This document shows positions 8,934 through 18,385 of a stretch of DNA of 64,000 nt, one piece after another. A model generated the notes under the pieces. That model was not told the origin of the DNA. It searched no databases and worked only from the letters and a program-made list of their open reading frames with translations. Numbering within the stretch: position 1 is the stretch's first letter; each line of letters starts with the position of its first letter. Origin of the DNA: an uncultured Acidobacteriota bacterium (GTDB lineage Bacteria; Acidobacteriota; Thermoanaerobaculia; UBA5066); contig CAWIUK010000003.1 in NCBI GenBank assembly GCA_963839295.1, forward strand, positions 66,407 to 130,406. Reading direction: 5' to 3'. The translations under genes were made by a program, and so were the position numbers.

Positions 8934-10367
8934 TCAGCCCAGGAAGCCCAGGTTCATCGTCGGGAACCTGTAGAGGTTCGGGAGGATCGTATTGAGGTCC
9001 GCCGGGACGACGCCGAACCAGAGCCCGAGAGTCGCCGCGTACTGGTCGACGGAGACGGTCGGGATCCAGCGGCCGCGGGAATCCGTGTCGTAGGCGCCTC
9101 CGAGCACGAGGCTGGGGAAGACGGTGCCGTTTCCTCCGGACCCGGAGGGCAGCGGGACGCCGTAGAAGTCGCCGCCGACAACGGCGCCGCCCATCACGAA
9201 ATGGTGGCTGCCCCACGCGTGGTCCGAGCCGGCCGTCGAGCCCGTCCCGGAGGGCGCGAGCGTCCGGCCGAAGTCGGACTCCGTGAACACCGTGACGTCG
9301 TTCGAGAGTCCCTGCGCGACCATCTCGTTGTAGAAGGCCGTCATCGCCGCGGACAGCTGCCCGTAGAGGTTCGTGTGCGACGCGAGCTCGTTCTGATGCG
9401 TGTCGAAGCCGCCGATCGAGCAGAAGAACACCTGGCGGCTGAGGCTGAGCTGCGGTGCCGTCTGGTTCAGCTTGATGACCTTGGCGACCTGCTTGAGCTG
9501 GTTGCCGATGCCGGTGGCCGGGAACGTCGTCGCGAGCGTCGGGTCCGTCGCGAGAGCCGCGCTGATGTCGACCGCCTGCTGGGTGATCAGGCTCGTCGCG
9601 TTCACGAGCGGAATGGCCGTGTCGAACGATCGCAGATTGGTCATCGCCGTCTTGCGCGCCACGTCGGTCGCGGAGGTCGTAAAGCCGCTCAGAACGAAGA
9701 TCTGGTTCAGGGCGGTCGGGGCGGGCGCGATCGAGAGCGGCTTCGTGACCTGGCCGACGTTGAACTGGTTGTTTCCGGCCACCGACGTGACCGCCGGGAA
9801 CGACGAGCCCACGTTCAGCGAGGCGACCTTGTCCGCCATGAGGCCTCCCCAGCCGAAATGCGTCTTCTGGTCGGCGCGCGGCGACATCCAGATCGACTGC
9901 TGGTCGCTGTGCGAAAAGAGCTGGTAAGGGCGGTAGGCGGCGTTTCCGGTGTAGTTCGTCTTCGTCGTCGGCTGGTTGAGCGGGCCCGTGTTGCAGACGA
10001 CCGCGAGCTTGCCCGCGTTCCAGACGGTCTGGAGGCCCGTCATCTTGGGGTGAAGCCCGAACTGGAGCCCGAGGCTCGTCGGCGTGATCGGAAGGAGGTT
10101 CGCCTGCGGGATCGCGAGGTCCGAGCCGCGCGCCGTCGCGTACGCGTTGTAACCGGGGAGCTGCGCCGAGGTCGGGAACATCGGGACGACCATGTTGTTC
10201 GAGTCGTTCCCGCCGAACATGAAGATGCAGACGAGCGCCTTGTAGCTCGCGGGCGCCGCCTCCGCGGAATGCGCCATCAGGCCGAAGCGCTCGAGCCCCT
10301 GCTCGAAGGCGGCCATTCCGACGGCGCCGCAGGCGGACAGGCGGAGAAAATCACGGCGAGTCGTCAT
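8934..10367 (-). CDS. DUF1501-family TAT-secreted sulfatase-fold protein
   Basis: 477 aa. Twin-arginine signal MTTRRDFLRLSA. FMFGGNDSNN, GGFDTHQN and GSDHAWG stretches are typical of DUF1501. Start lies 2 nt after the DUF1800 stop. Confidence 0.85.
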   Translation of the reverse strand: MTTRRDFLRLSACGAVGMAAFEQGLERFGLMAHSAEAAPASYKALVCIFMFGGNDSNNMVVPMFPTSAQLPGYNAYATARGSDLAIPQANLLPITPTSLGLQFGLHPKMTGLQTVWNAGKLAVVCNTGPLNQPTTKTNYTGNAAYRPYQLFSHSDQQSIWMSPRADQKTHFGWGGLMADKVASLNVGSSFPAVTSVAGNNQFNVGQVTKPLSIAPAPTALNQIFVLSGFTTSATDVARKTAMTNLRSFDTAIPLVNATSLITQQAVDISAALATDPTLATTFPATGIGNQLKQVAKVIKLNQTAPQLSLSRQVFFCSIGGFDTHQNELASHTNLYGQLSAAMTAFYNEMVAQGLSNDVTVFTESDFGRTLAPSGTGSTAGSDHAWGSHHFVMGGAVVGGDFYGVPLPSGSGGNGTVFPSLVLGGAYDTDSRGRWIPTVSVDQYAATLGLWFGVVPADLNTILPNLYRFPTMNLGFLG

Positions 10368-10369
10368 GT

Positions 10370-12332
10370 TCACCTCTCGACCTGAAACTGGGAGGACGTT
10401 GCGACGAGGTACGTGGCCTGCTGGGCCCTCAGCTTCGCGCTCGTGGCCGGAATCACGCTCACGGCCGTCACGATGGCGGCCTTCTCGCTCGGCGACAGGA
10501 GGCCGCGGCAGAGGCGCTGGTTCAGCGCCTCCACCATCGCGTTCGGGTTGCCCGCGAGCGCCGTGATCGCCGACAGGTCGAGCGAGGTCCCGAGCGGGTT
10601 GTTCGTGCCGACCGGGATCGTCGAGTAGACGAGCGTGTTCACGAAGTTCGCGCGCCGGAACGCCGTGATCGCGGACTGGATCCCGAATTCCGGCCCGAGA
10701 AGCGACGTCCCGGGCACCTCGTAGTCGGCCGGGTAATAGCTGAAGACCGTGTCCGGCTGGAAGAGGGTCTGGCCCATGCTCTGGACCTGCGGAGCGAGAA
10801 CGCCGTCGGAGTTCTGCGTCCCGTCGGCCGACTTGGCCCCGAGGGCGCGCAGGAAGCCCGTCGCGAAGAGGACCGGGTCGCGCAGCGAGCCGAAGTTCGG
10901 GTCGGCCCACGACGAGATCACTTCGGGGTCGGTGAGGATCGCGCGGACGACCGCCCCGAGGTCGCCGCGGTACGCCGGAGCCGTTGTCGTTGAACCTGGC
11001 CGCGACGCGTGCGACGTAGGCCGGGCTCGGGTTCGATGTCACGAGGCTGTGGATGAGCTGCGTCGCCACGTACGGCCCGACGTTCGGGTGGTTGAAGATG
11101 TTGTCGATCGCGTCGCTCACGTCCTGGTCGCCGCCGGTCAGGCGCGCCGGAATCGTGACGCCGTTCAGGAGGGTCTTAGGCCCCTTGTCGTGGTTCGCGT
11201 TGTTGAAGACCATCCAGTCGAGGTAGTCGTCGGTCCCCGCCGTGATCTGCGAATGGAGCTGCCACCCGGTGAACACGCGCGCGAATTCCGTCACGGTCGC
11301 CTGGTCGTACGTCGGGATCGGCTCGTTGTTGATGTCGAGCTGCAGCGTTCCGTCGCTGTTCAGCATGAAGAGCCCGATCGAGAAGAGCTGCATGACCTCG
11401 CGGGCGTAGTTCTCGTTCGGATTCAGCACCGTGGACGTGTCCATGTTGAGGTACTGACCCATGGCCGGGTTGAGCGTGATGTAGTACAGGAGGTCCTTGT
11501 AATTCCCGAAGGCCTGGTACGTGAGGAGGTTCAGGTACCACGCCATTCGACTGGGCTGCACGAGGTCCGTGCCCGAGACGACGAGGAACTTGTGGAGCGC
11601 CCACGCGACGCGCTGGCGGAGCTGGTCCTGGCCGTACAGGGCGTTCAGGAAGAACTGCCTCTGCAGGGGGTACATCGTGTAGTTGTCCCGCTGACAGGTG
11701 CCGGTGCACGTGCTTGGAATGGTGTTCGGCTGCAGCGGCAGCCCGGGATAGCCGGAGATGGGCGCCGCGAGCTGTTCCGTGGCCCAGGCGTCGATCCCGA
11801 CGCTCTGGATGTGCGCGACGAGGCTCGGAGTGGCCCCCATCGACCCGGCGTTCGCGATCAGCTGGAACGTCGACTGGTCCGCGAAGTACCCCGACACGTC
11901 CATGATGAAGTCGACGGTCCCGGCGGACGAGGAAAAGACGCTCAGCGCCCCGTTCCCGCCGAGCCCCGCGACCATGTTGTTCGCGCGCGTCTTGCCCGCC
12001 TGCCAGTTGATCGCGGACGTATTGGGCAGCGTGTTGCCGCTCGGGAAGATCGTGAGGCCGCCGTTCGCCGAGCTGCCGGTCACGGTGAGGTTCAGGACGA
12101 CGGAGCGCGCCGTCGCCGGCACGCCGCAGGTCCCGACGACCTGAAAGTCGCGAGTCCCTCCCGCGACGAGGGCCGGGCCCCCCAGGGGACCATTGGCGCC
12201 GCGCGTGTCGACGACGCGGCACGGCGTGAGTGTGTAGAAGGAGGTCGCCACCGGGTCCTGCGCGAACGCTTCGCCGGACACGAAGGCCGCCAGCGCGACG
12301 ACCGACACCTTCAAGAAAAGGCAATCCCTCAT
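10370..12332 (-). pseudogene. DUF1800-family protein with an N-terminal TPCRxxDTR module; frame broken by a 1-nt insertion near 10969
   Basis: Signal peptide MRDCLFLKVSVVALAAFVSGEAFA. The DUF1800 body is split between two frames (ORF 8934..12431 N-terminal part and ORF 10370..10921). The span of 1963 nt is 3n+1. Removing one C from GTACCGCGGC restores NGSGVRGDLGAVVRAILTDPEV. Confidence 0.8.
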
Positions 12333-12557
12333 CCGGTACTCCCGCGGATTCCCCGCACGTCGATGGGTTTTCGAGCTTCGACCGTTGACAGAGCCAAGTA
12401 TGGCTGAGTTTCTATCGAGAAGTGTCGGCACCTATCGCAGCTCGCCTGCAGGCGTCGAAGACCTTGTGCGGCAACGAGTTACTGAGACGACGTCGCAGCA
12501 GTATTGCGATAGCCTTCCCTCCGCGCTCCATAATCCGGCCGTTTGGAGGGCTCCCCA

Positions 12558-14123
12558 ATGGACGGCATCCAGGTTCTGTCACGCACGCCCGAAGCAACGG
12601 ACGCGATCCTCTCGAAGGAAGCGCTCGAGCTCGTCGCGCACCTCCACCGCGCCTTCAACCCGCGCCGCCAGGAGCTCCTCGCCCGCCGCGCCGAACGCCA
12701 GAAGCGCTTCGACGCCGGCGAGCTCCTCGATTTCCTCCCCGAGACGAAGGCGGTCCGCGAAGCGGACTGGAAGGTCGCGCCGACGCCGCCCGACCTCCAG
12801 AAGCGCTGGGTCGAGATCACGGGCCCCGTGGAGCGCAAGATGATGATCAACGCGCTCAACTCCGGGGCCAGCGTGTTCATGGCGGACTTCGAGGACTCGC
12901 TCGCACCGAGCTGGACGAACGTGGTCCAGGGCCAGCAGAACCTCAGGGACGCCGTCCGACGGACCATCGCGTTCTCGAGCCCGGAGGGGAAGCGTTACAC
13001 GCTCAACCCGGAGATCGCGACGCTCCTCGTCCGGCCCCGCGGCTGGCACCTTCCCGAGAAACACGTCCTCGTCGACGGCGCGCCGATCTCGGCGAGCCTC
13101 TTCGACGCGGGCCTCTACCTCTTCCACAACGCCTACGCGCTGAAGGAGCGGGGCACCGGCCCGTACTTCTACCTGCCGAAGATGGAGAGCCATCTCGAGG
13201 CGCGGCTCTGGAACGACGTCTTCGCCGCGGCGCAGGAACGCCTCTCGATCCCGAGAGGAACGGTCCGCGCGACCGTCCTCATCGAAACGCTCCCGGCGGC
13301 CTTCGAGATGGACGAGATCCTCTTCGAGCTGAAGGACCACATGAGCGGCCTCAACGCGGGCCGCTGGGACTACCTCTTCAGCCTCATCAAGAAGTTGCGC
13401 GCGCACGCGGACGTCCTGCCCGACCGGGGGCAGGTGACGATGACCGTCCCGTTCATGCGCGCCTACACGGAGCTCCTCGTCAAGACGTGCCACCGCCGGG
13501 GCGCCCACGCCATGGGCGGGATGGCGCCGTTCATCCCGACGCGCAAGGACGCCGACCTCAACGCGAAGGCGCTCGCGAAGGTGAAGGCCGACAAGGACCG
13601 CGAGGTGGCCGACGGCTTCGACGGCACGTGGGTCGCGCACCCCGATCTCGTCCCGACGGCGTGGGAGGTCTTCGAGAAAGCGTTCGGGACGAAGCCGAAC
13701 CAGAAGGAGCGCCTCCGCGAAGACGTCGTCGCCGACGCGAAGAAGCTCACGGACCTCGCCGTGCCCGGCGGCACGATCACGGACGCGGGGCTGCGCCTGA
13801 ACGTGAACGTGACGCTCCAGTACCTGAACTCGTGGCTCATGGGAAACGGCGCCGCGGCGATCTTCAACCTCATGGAGGACGCCGCGACGGCCGAGATCTC
13901 CCGAGCGCAGCTCTGGCAGTGGATCAACCGCAAGGCGAAGCTCGCGGACGGACGCACGATCACGAAGGACCTCTACCGGCAGGTACGCGACGAGGAGCTC
14001 CCGAAGGTCGGGGGGCTCGCGGCGGGCCGGATGAAGGAAGCCGTCGAGATCCTCGACCGCCTCGTCCTCGACGACACGTTCGCGGAGTTCCTGACGATCC
14101 CGGCGTACTCCTACCTGGAGTGA
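12558..14123 (+). CDS. aceB: malate synthase A
   Basis: 521 aa from ATG 12558 (GGAGGG 7 nt upstream). End-to-end resemblance to malate synthase A ([52 protein letters not shown]). Confidence 0.92.
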   Translation: MDGIQVLSRTPEATDAILSKEALELVAHLHRAFNPRRQELLARRAERQKRFDAGELLDFLPETKAVREADWKVAPTPPDLQKRWVEITGPVERKMMINALNSGASVFMADFEDSLAPSWTNVVQGQQNLRDAVRRTIAFSSPEGKRYTLNPEIATLLVRPRGWHLPEKHVLVDGAPISASLFDAGLYLFHNAYALKERGTGPYFYLPKMESHLEARLWNDVFAAAQERLSIPRGTVRATVLIETLPAAFEMDEILFELKDHMSGLNAGRWDYLFSLIKKLRAHADVLPDRGQVTMTVPFMRAYTELLVKTCHRRGAHAMGGMAPFIPTRKDADLNAKALAKVKADKDREVADGFDGTWVAHPDLVPTAWEVFEKAFGTKPNQKERLREDVVADAKKLTDLAVPGGTITDAGLRLNVNVTLQYLNSWLMGNGAAAIFNLMEDAATAEISRAQLWQWINRKAKLADGRTITKDLYRQVRDEELPKVGGLAAGRMKEAVEILDRLVLDDTFAEFLTIPAYSYLE

Positions 14124-14336
14124 CCGGCGAGCCCTATTTCACCGTCACGGCCGGGACAGACCCTTCGCGGCAGCACGGTCCGCAGCCCGTCGAACGTGAT
14201 CAGCTGCGTGCCGGAATACCGGGATTCAAGGCCGAGATCTGGCCCGCGCGCGACAAAGGCGAGCAAGCGAACGACATGGGGCGGAGGACCGCTTGCCTGG
14301 GCGGCGTTCCGGGCCCGATCGGGCCTGCAATTGCGG

Positions 14337-14747
14337 CTAGACGGCGGCGCGCTCGGCGGCCCGCGCGGCGAGAAAGGCCGCGAACGCCCGGTCCTGGGTC
14401 CGGATGTGGCCGGCGAGCCACGACCGGAGCCCGTCCACGGCGTCGGGGGTCATGGGCCGGTCGCTTCGTTCGCGGGCCGACCTCAGCTTCAGGAGCTCGG
14501 CGAGGAGCTCGCCGTGCTCGGCGAGGTGCGCCTCGTAGCCCGGGTAGCCTTCCATCCGCATCATGAGCTCCTCGGCGAGGAAGTGGACCCGCGTGAGGTC
14601 GAGGAGCTTCTCGAGGATCTCGTCCGCGACCTCGCGGCTCTTGCCTTCCGAGACCGCGCGGCCGAGCGCCTCGACGAGGTCGACCTGGAGCGCGTGCTCG
14701 ACGTCGATCGACGGGACGTCGAGACGGAGGTCGAGGGCGCCTGACAT
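14337..14747 (-). CDS. hemerythrin-like metal-binding protein
   Basis: 136 aa. IDVEH...HFLAEE...YPGYEAHLAEH...H pattern of bacteriohemerythrin iron ligands. Confidence 0.8.
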   Translation of the reverse strand: MSGALDLRLDVPSIDVEHALQVDLVEALGRAVSEGKSREVADEILEKLLDLTRVHFLAEELMMRMEGYPGYEAHLAEHGELLAELLKLRSARERSDRPMTPDAVDGLRSWLAGHIRTQDRAFAAFLAARAAERAAV

Positions 14748-14784
14748 GCTCCCACGATAACGCAAGCGGCGGAGGGCGTGCCGG

Positions 14785-15726
14785 TCAGGACCCGCCGGAT
14801 TTCCGGTACCAGCTCACCGTCTCGGCGAGTCCCTGCGCCAGCGGGGTCCTCGCCCGCCAGCCGAAGAGTTGCTCGGCCCGCGAGACGTCCAGCCTCCGGC
14901 GCGGCTGGCCGTTCGGCTTCGACGCATCCCAGCGGATCGCCCCTCCGTAGTCCGTCGCGCGGGCCACGAGGCGCGCCAGGTCGCGGATCGCGATCTCCTC
15001 GCCCGAGCCGAGGTTCACGGGCTCGGCGCCGTCGTACGCCTCTGCGGCCGCGGCGATCCCCTCGGCCGCGTCGTCGACATAGAGAAATTCGCGCGTGGGG
15101 GATCCGTCGCCCCACAGGACGACCTCCGAGGCGCCCGCGGCCTTCGCCTCGAGGAACTTCCGGATCATCGCGGGGATGACGTGGCTCGTCTCGAGGTCGA
15201 AGTTGTCGCACGGTCCGTAGAGGTTCACGGGAAGGAGGTAGACGCCGTCGAAGCCGTATTCCTGACGGTAGGCCTGGAGCTGCACGAGGAGCATCTTTTT
15301 CGCGAGGCCGTAAGGAGCGTTCGTCTCCTCGGGGTAGCCGTTCCAGAGGTCGTCCTCACGGAACGGGACGGGGGTGACCTTCGGGTAGGCGCAGATCGTC
15401 CCGAGACAGACGAGCTTCGCGACGCCCGCGCGACGCGCCTCCTCGATGAGCTGGATCCCCATGATCGCGTTCTCGTAGAAGAACCGGCCCGGGTGGGCGC
15501 GGTTCGCGCCGATGCCGCCCACGACCGCTGCCGCGTGGATCACGAGGTCCGGCTTCTGCGCGACGAAGTACGCCCGGACCGCGTCGCGCTCGCGCAGGTC
15601 GAGCTCCGCGGCCCGCGGCGAAAGGATGCCGGCGGCGCCGCGCCTGCCGAGCGTCTCGACGAGCGCCCGCCCGAGGAACCCTCCTCCCCCGGTGACGAGG
15701 ACGCGCCGACCCTGCCAGAAACTCAT
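14785..15726 (-). CDS. fcl: GDP-L-fucose synthase (NAD-dependent epimerase/reductase)
   Basis: 313 aa from [50 protein letters not shown] and [11 protein letters not shown] match Fcl/WcaG. Confidence 0.85.
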   Translation of the reverse strand: MSFWQGRRVLVTGGGGFLGRALVETLGRRGAAGILSPRAAELDLRERDAVRAYFVAQKPDLVIHAAAVVGGIGANRAHPGRFFYENAIMGIQLIEEARRAGVAKLVCLGTICAYPKVTPVPFREDDLWNGYPEETNAPYGLAKKMLLVQLQAYRQEYGFDGVYLLPVNLYGPCDNFDLETSHVIPAMIRKFLEAKAAGASEVVLWGDGSPTREFLYVDDAAEGIAAAAEAYDGAEPVNLGSGEEIAIRDLARLVARATDYGGAIRWDASKPNGQPRRRLDVSRAEQLFGWRARTPLAQGLAETVSWYRKSGGS

Positions 15727-15872
15727 TTCCTCGGAAGTGTAATTCCGGTGACCCCTGTCATGGCCCGCCGGCGCCTTTCCGCCGAGGATCCGTTGGAAAC
15801 GCCGCGCGGCGCCACTTCCCGAGGACGGCGGGCACGGCCCGCTCCTTGCGACACATTCTCGAGAGGAAACCG

Positions 15873-17309
15873 ATGAAGACAAGAACCTCCGTGCTTTCCA
15901 TCACGCGGCTCGCGATCGTTCTCGCTCTTTCCTTCGCGGCCTCTCTCTTCGCGGCCGCGGCGCGGGCCGATGTCGTCGTCCCTTCGTCGGCGTTCTCGAG
16001 CGGAGCGAATGGCGCCGAGTTTCACACGGACGCGAGGATCTTCAATCCGACCACGAGCCCGGTAACGGTGACGCCCCTTTTCTACGACGAGGCGGCCGGC
16101 GGCGCCGAGGTCCCCTCCGTACCGCCGACGATCGTGATTCCGGCGCGGACGCAGGTGTCGTACGACAACGTTCTCGAGAGCCTGTTCGGTCTGGCCAGGG
16201 GCGTCTTCGGACCGATCCGGTTCCAGACGACGGCCGAGATCCTCGTCTCGACGGGCGTCAACAACGTGAACGCCTGCGGCAACGGGTCGGTCTCCGGCCT
16301 GTGGCTGCCCGGGATCGACCAGAGCCAGGCGCTCCGGGCCGGCACGCTCCTCCAACTCGCCGCGAGCACCGACGCCGGCACGGGCTACCGGTCGAACGTC
16401 GTCTTCACGAACCCGGGCGCCTCGAGCGCCACCGTGAGCGCGAACCTCCGGAAAGGGGACGGAACCCTGATCTCGAGCGCCTCGATCGGGCCGCTCGGCC
16501 CGAACGGCTGGACGCAGATCGGCGGGCTCTCGGCCTGGCTGCCGAGCCCCAACACGATCACCGATACGAATCTCTGGCTGGAGTTCACGAGCGATCAGCC
16601 CGTCCTCGCCTTCGCTTCGGTCATCAACAACGCCTCGGGCGACCCGTTCGCGATCGTGATGACGGCAGAGCCCGTCTCGGCGCCGGCGCCGGTCGCTTCT
16701 TACACCGTGTCTCCGGCCAGCCCTTCGACGGGGCAGGCGGCCACGTTCACGGACACCTCCTCGAACGCGCCGACGCTGCAGCTCTGGGACTTCGGCGACG
16801 GGACGACGGCGACCTCCGGGGCAGCGGTCCAGCACACGTACGCCGCCGCGGGCACGTATCCGACGGCCCACTTCGCCGGAAACGCCGCCGGGTTCTCGGC
16901 CGCGACGAAGGCCGTCGTCGTGGCCACGCCGTCCCCCATCGTCGTCACGATCTCCGCGACGACGAGCGGCGGAAGCCACTGGACGTTCGTCTGCCAGACG
17001 GGGCCCTGCGACGGGTCCGGCAACAACAACGTGACGCTCAAGGCCGGCCAGCCGTACGTCATCACGTGGACGACGCCCCAAAACGAAGGAAAGACCCACG
17101 GTGTCGACTGGAGCGCCTCCGCCGCGTTCGACGTTTCAGCCTGCGGCTTCATCACCGCGAATCAGCCGTGCACCGTGCACGTCACGCCGACGGCCGACCT
17201 CGCGGGCGTGCAGGGCGGGGTCTACACGTACCACTGCACGCACACCGAGTGCGCGCCGAGCCTTGCGTTACACAACAGCATGACCGGCACGATCACGATC
17301 GTCCCCTGA
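15873..17309 (+). CDS. secreted multidomain protein (N-terminal beta domains, PKD-like domain, C-terminal cupredoxin-like domain)
   Basis: 478 aa from [10 protein letters not shown] (signal peptide, GAGAGGA RBS). PKD-like [39 protein letters not shown]-terminus carries a possible H/C/H/M ligand set. Confidence 0.7.
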   Translation: MKTRTSVLSITRLAIVLALSFAASLFAAAARADVVVPSSAFSSGANGAEFHTDARIFNPTTSPVTVTPLFYDEAAGGAEVPSVPPTIVIPARTQVSYDNVLESLFGLARGVFGPIRFQTTAEILVSTGVNNVNACGNGSVSGLWLPGIDQSQALRAGTLLQLAASTDAGTGYRSNVVFTNPGASSATVSANLRKGDGTLISSASIGPLGPNGWTQIGGLSAWLPSPNTITDTNLWLEFTSDQPVLAFASVINNASGDPFAIVMTAEPVSAPAPVASYTVSPASPSTGQAATFTDTSSNAPTLQLWDFGDGTTATSGAAVQHTYAAAGTYPTAHFAGNAAGFSAATKAVVVATPSPIVVTISATTSGGSHWTFVCQTGPCDGSGNNNVTLKAGQPYVITWTTPQNEGKTHGVDWSASAAFDVSACGFITANQPCTVHVTPTADLAGVQGGVYTYHCTHTECAPSLALHNSMTGTITIVP

Positions 17310-17312
17310 CGT

Positions 17313-18257
17313 CTACCTCTCCCGCTCCTTCCACGCGCAATCCTCCGGCTTCCTCTCTTCCGCGAGCCCGAGGAATGAAGGCTGGCGCAGCTTCTCGTCG
17401 CCCGTCCACTCGGCGAACGCCACACGCGCGACGAGCTTCGGCTCGACCCACGTGGCGTCCTTGACCTCGCGCGGGACGGGAGCGAACGGGCAGGTCTCGC
17501 GCTGGAGGGGATGGAGCTTCTCGAGGAGCGCGAGGAGGGTCTCCTCGGAGAAGCCGGTCCCGACGGACCCGCAGTACCGGAGCGTCTTGCCCTTCATGAG
17601 CCCGACGAGGAGCGCCCCGAAACGCGGCCGCGCCCCCTTCGGCAGCGTGAAGCCGCCGATCACGAACTCGCCCTCGCGCCGCGCCTTCACCTTGAGCCAT
17701 CGAAGGGACCGCCGGCCGGGCTCGTAGCGGGAGGCGAGGTCCTTGCCCACGACGCCCTCCCAACCCCGCCGCACGGCCTTCTCGAACGCCGCGATCCCGT
17801 CGCTCCCGAGCCGCGCCGCCAGCCCGAGGGGTCCCTTCGGCCTCTTTCCGAGGAGCGCCTCGAGCGCCGCGCGGCGCTCGGAGAGCGGACGCGGGACGAG
17901 CGGGACGCCGTCGGCTTCGAGGCAGTCGAAGAGGACGAGGAGAGGCCGCCTCGCGCCGGCTTCGCGGCGCTCCTGCAGGAGCCGGAAGCTGGAGACGCCG
18001 TTCCCGTCGAGGACGACCAGCTCGCCGTCGACGGCGAGGTCACCGCCTGGGAGGGCCGCGACGGCCCGCGCGATCTCGGGCTCCTCGGCCGCCAGGTCGA
18101 GCCCGCCGCGCGTGAGGAGCGCCACGCGGCCGCCGCGGCGCGACGCGACGACGCGCCAGCCGTCGTATTTCGGCTCGAAAACCCAGCCCGGCCGGGTGAA
18201 CGGCGCCTCGACCTGCGTCGCGAGCATCGGGGCCGGGCCGTCGCGGGACCGCTTCAT
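17313..18257 (-). CDS. ATP-dependent DNA ligase (LigD/LigC-type ligase domain only)
   Basis: 314 aa. Adenylation motif I EPKYDGWR and an OB-fold C-terminal region. No polymerase or phosphoesterase domains. Confidence 0.85.
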   Translation of the reverse strand: MKRSRDGPAPMLATQVEAPFTRPGWVFEPKYDGWRVVASRRGGRVALLTRGGLDLAAEEPEIARAVAALPGGDLAVDGELVVLDGNGVSSFRLLQERREAGARRPLLVLFDCLEADGVPLVPRPLSERRAALEALLGKRPKGPLGLAARLGSDGIAAFEKAVRRGWEGVVGKDLASRYEPGRRSLRWLKVKARREGEFVIGGFTLPKGARPRFGALLVGLMKGKTLRYCGSVGTGFSEETLLALLEKLHPLQRETCPFAPVPREVKDATWVEPKLVARVAFAEWTGDEKLRQPSFLGLAEERKPEDCAWKERER

Positions 18258-18385
18258 CGTGTCGACTCCAGGCGGGGTCGGGCGAGGGGTGAAGAAAGGT
18301 TACGCCCTTTCCCGCCTAAAATATCCGGCCTCCGCCCCGTCCCGGCTCCGAAGTTGCTACGCTACGCCCCGGCCCTGCCGCGACC

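Noticed and set aside
8934-12431. A 1165-aa ORF that looks like a giant DUF1800-DUF1501 fusion protein
   Set aside because: The middle ~190 aa are Arg/Pro-rich nonsense. The true DUF1800 C-terminus is in ORF 10370..10921, and DUF1501 has its own TAT-signal start at 10367. The long ORF is a high-GC read-through created by a 1-nt insertion.
12432-12512. 8-bp inverted repeat CTATCGCA ... TGCGATAG in the lower-GC aceB/DUF1800 divergent region, and a TTGACA hexamer at about 12385
   Set aside because: The arms are about 65 nt apart, no matching -10 element lies at proper spacing, and the pattern could be chance. Not enough evidence for an operator or promoter call.
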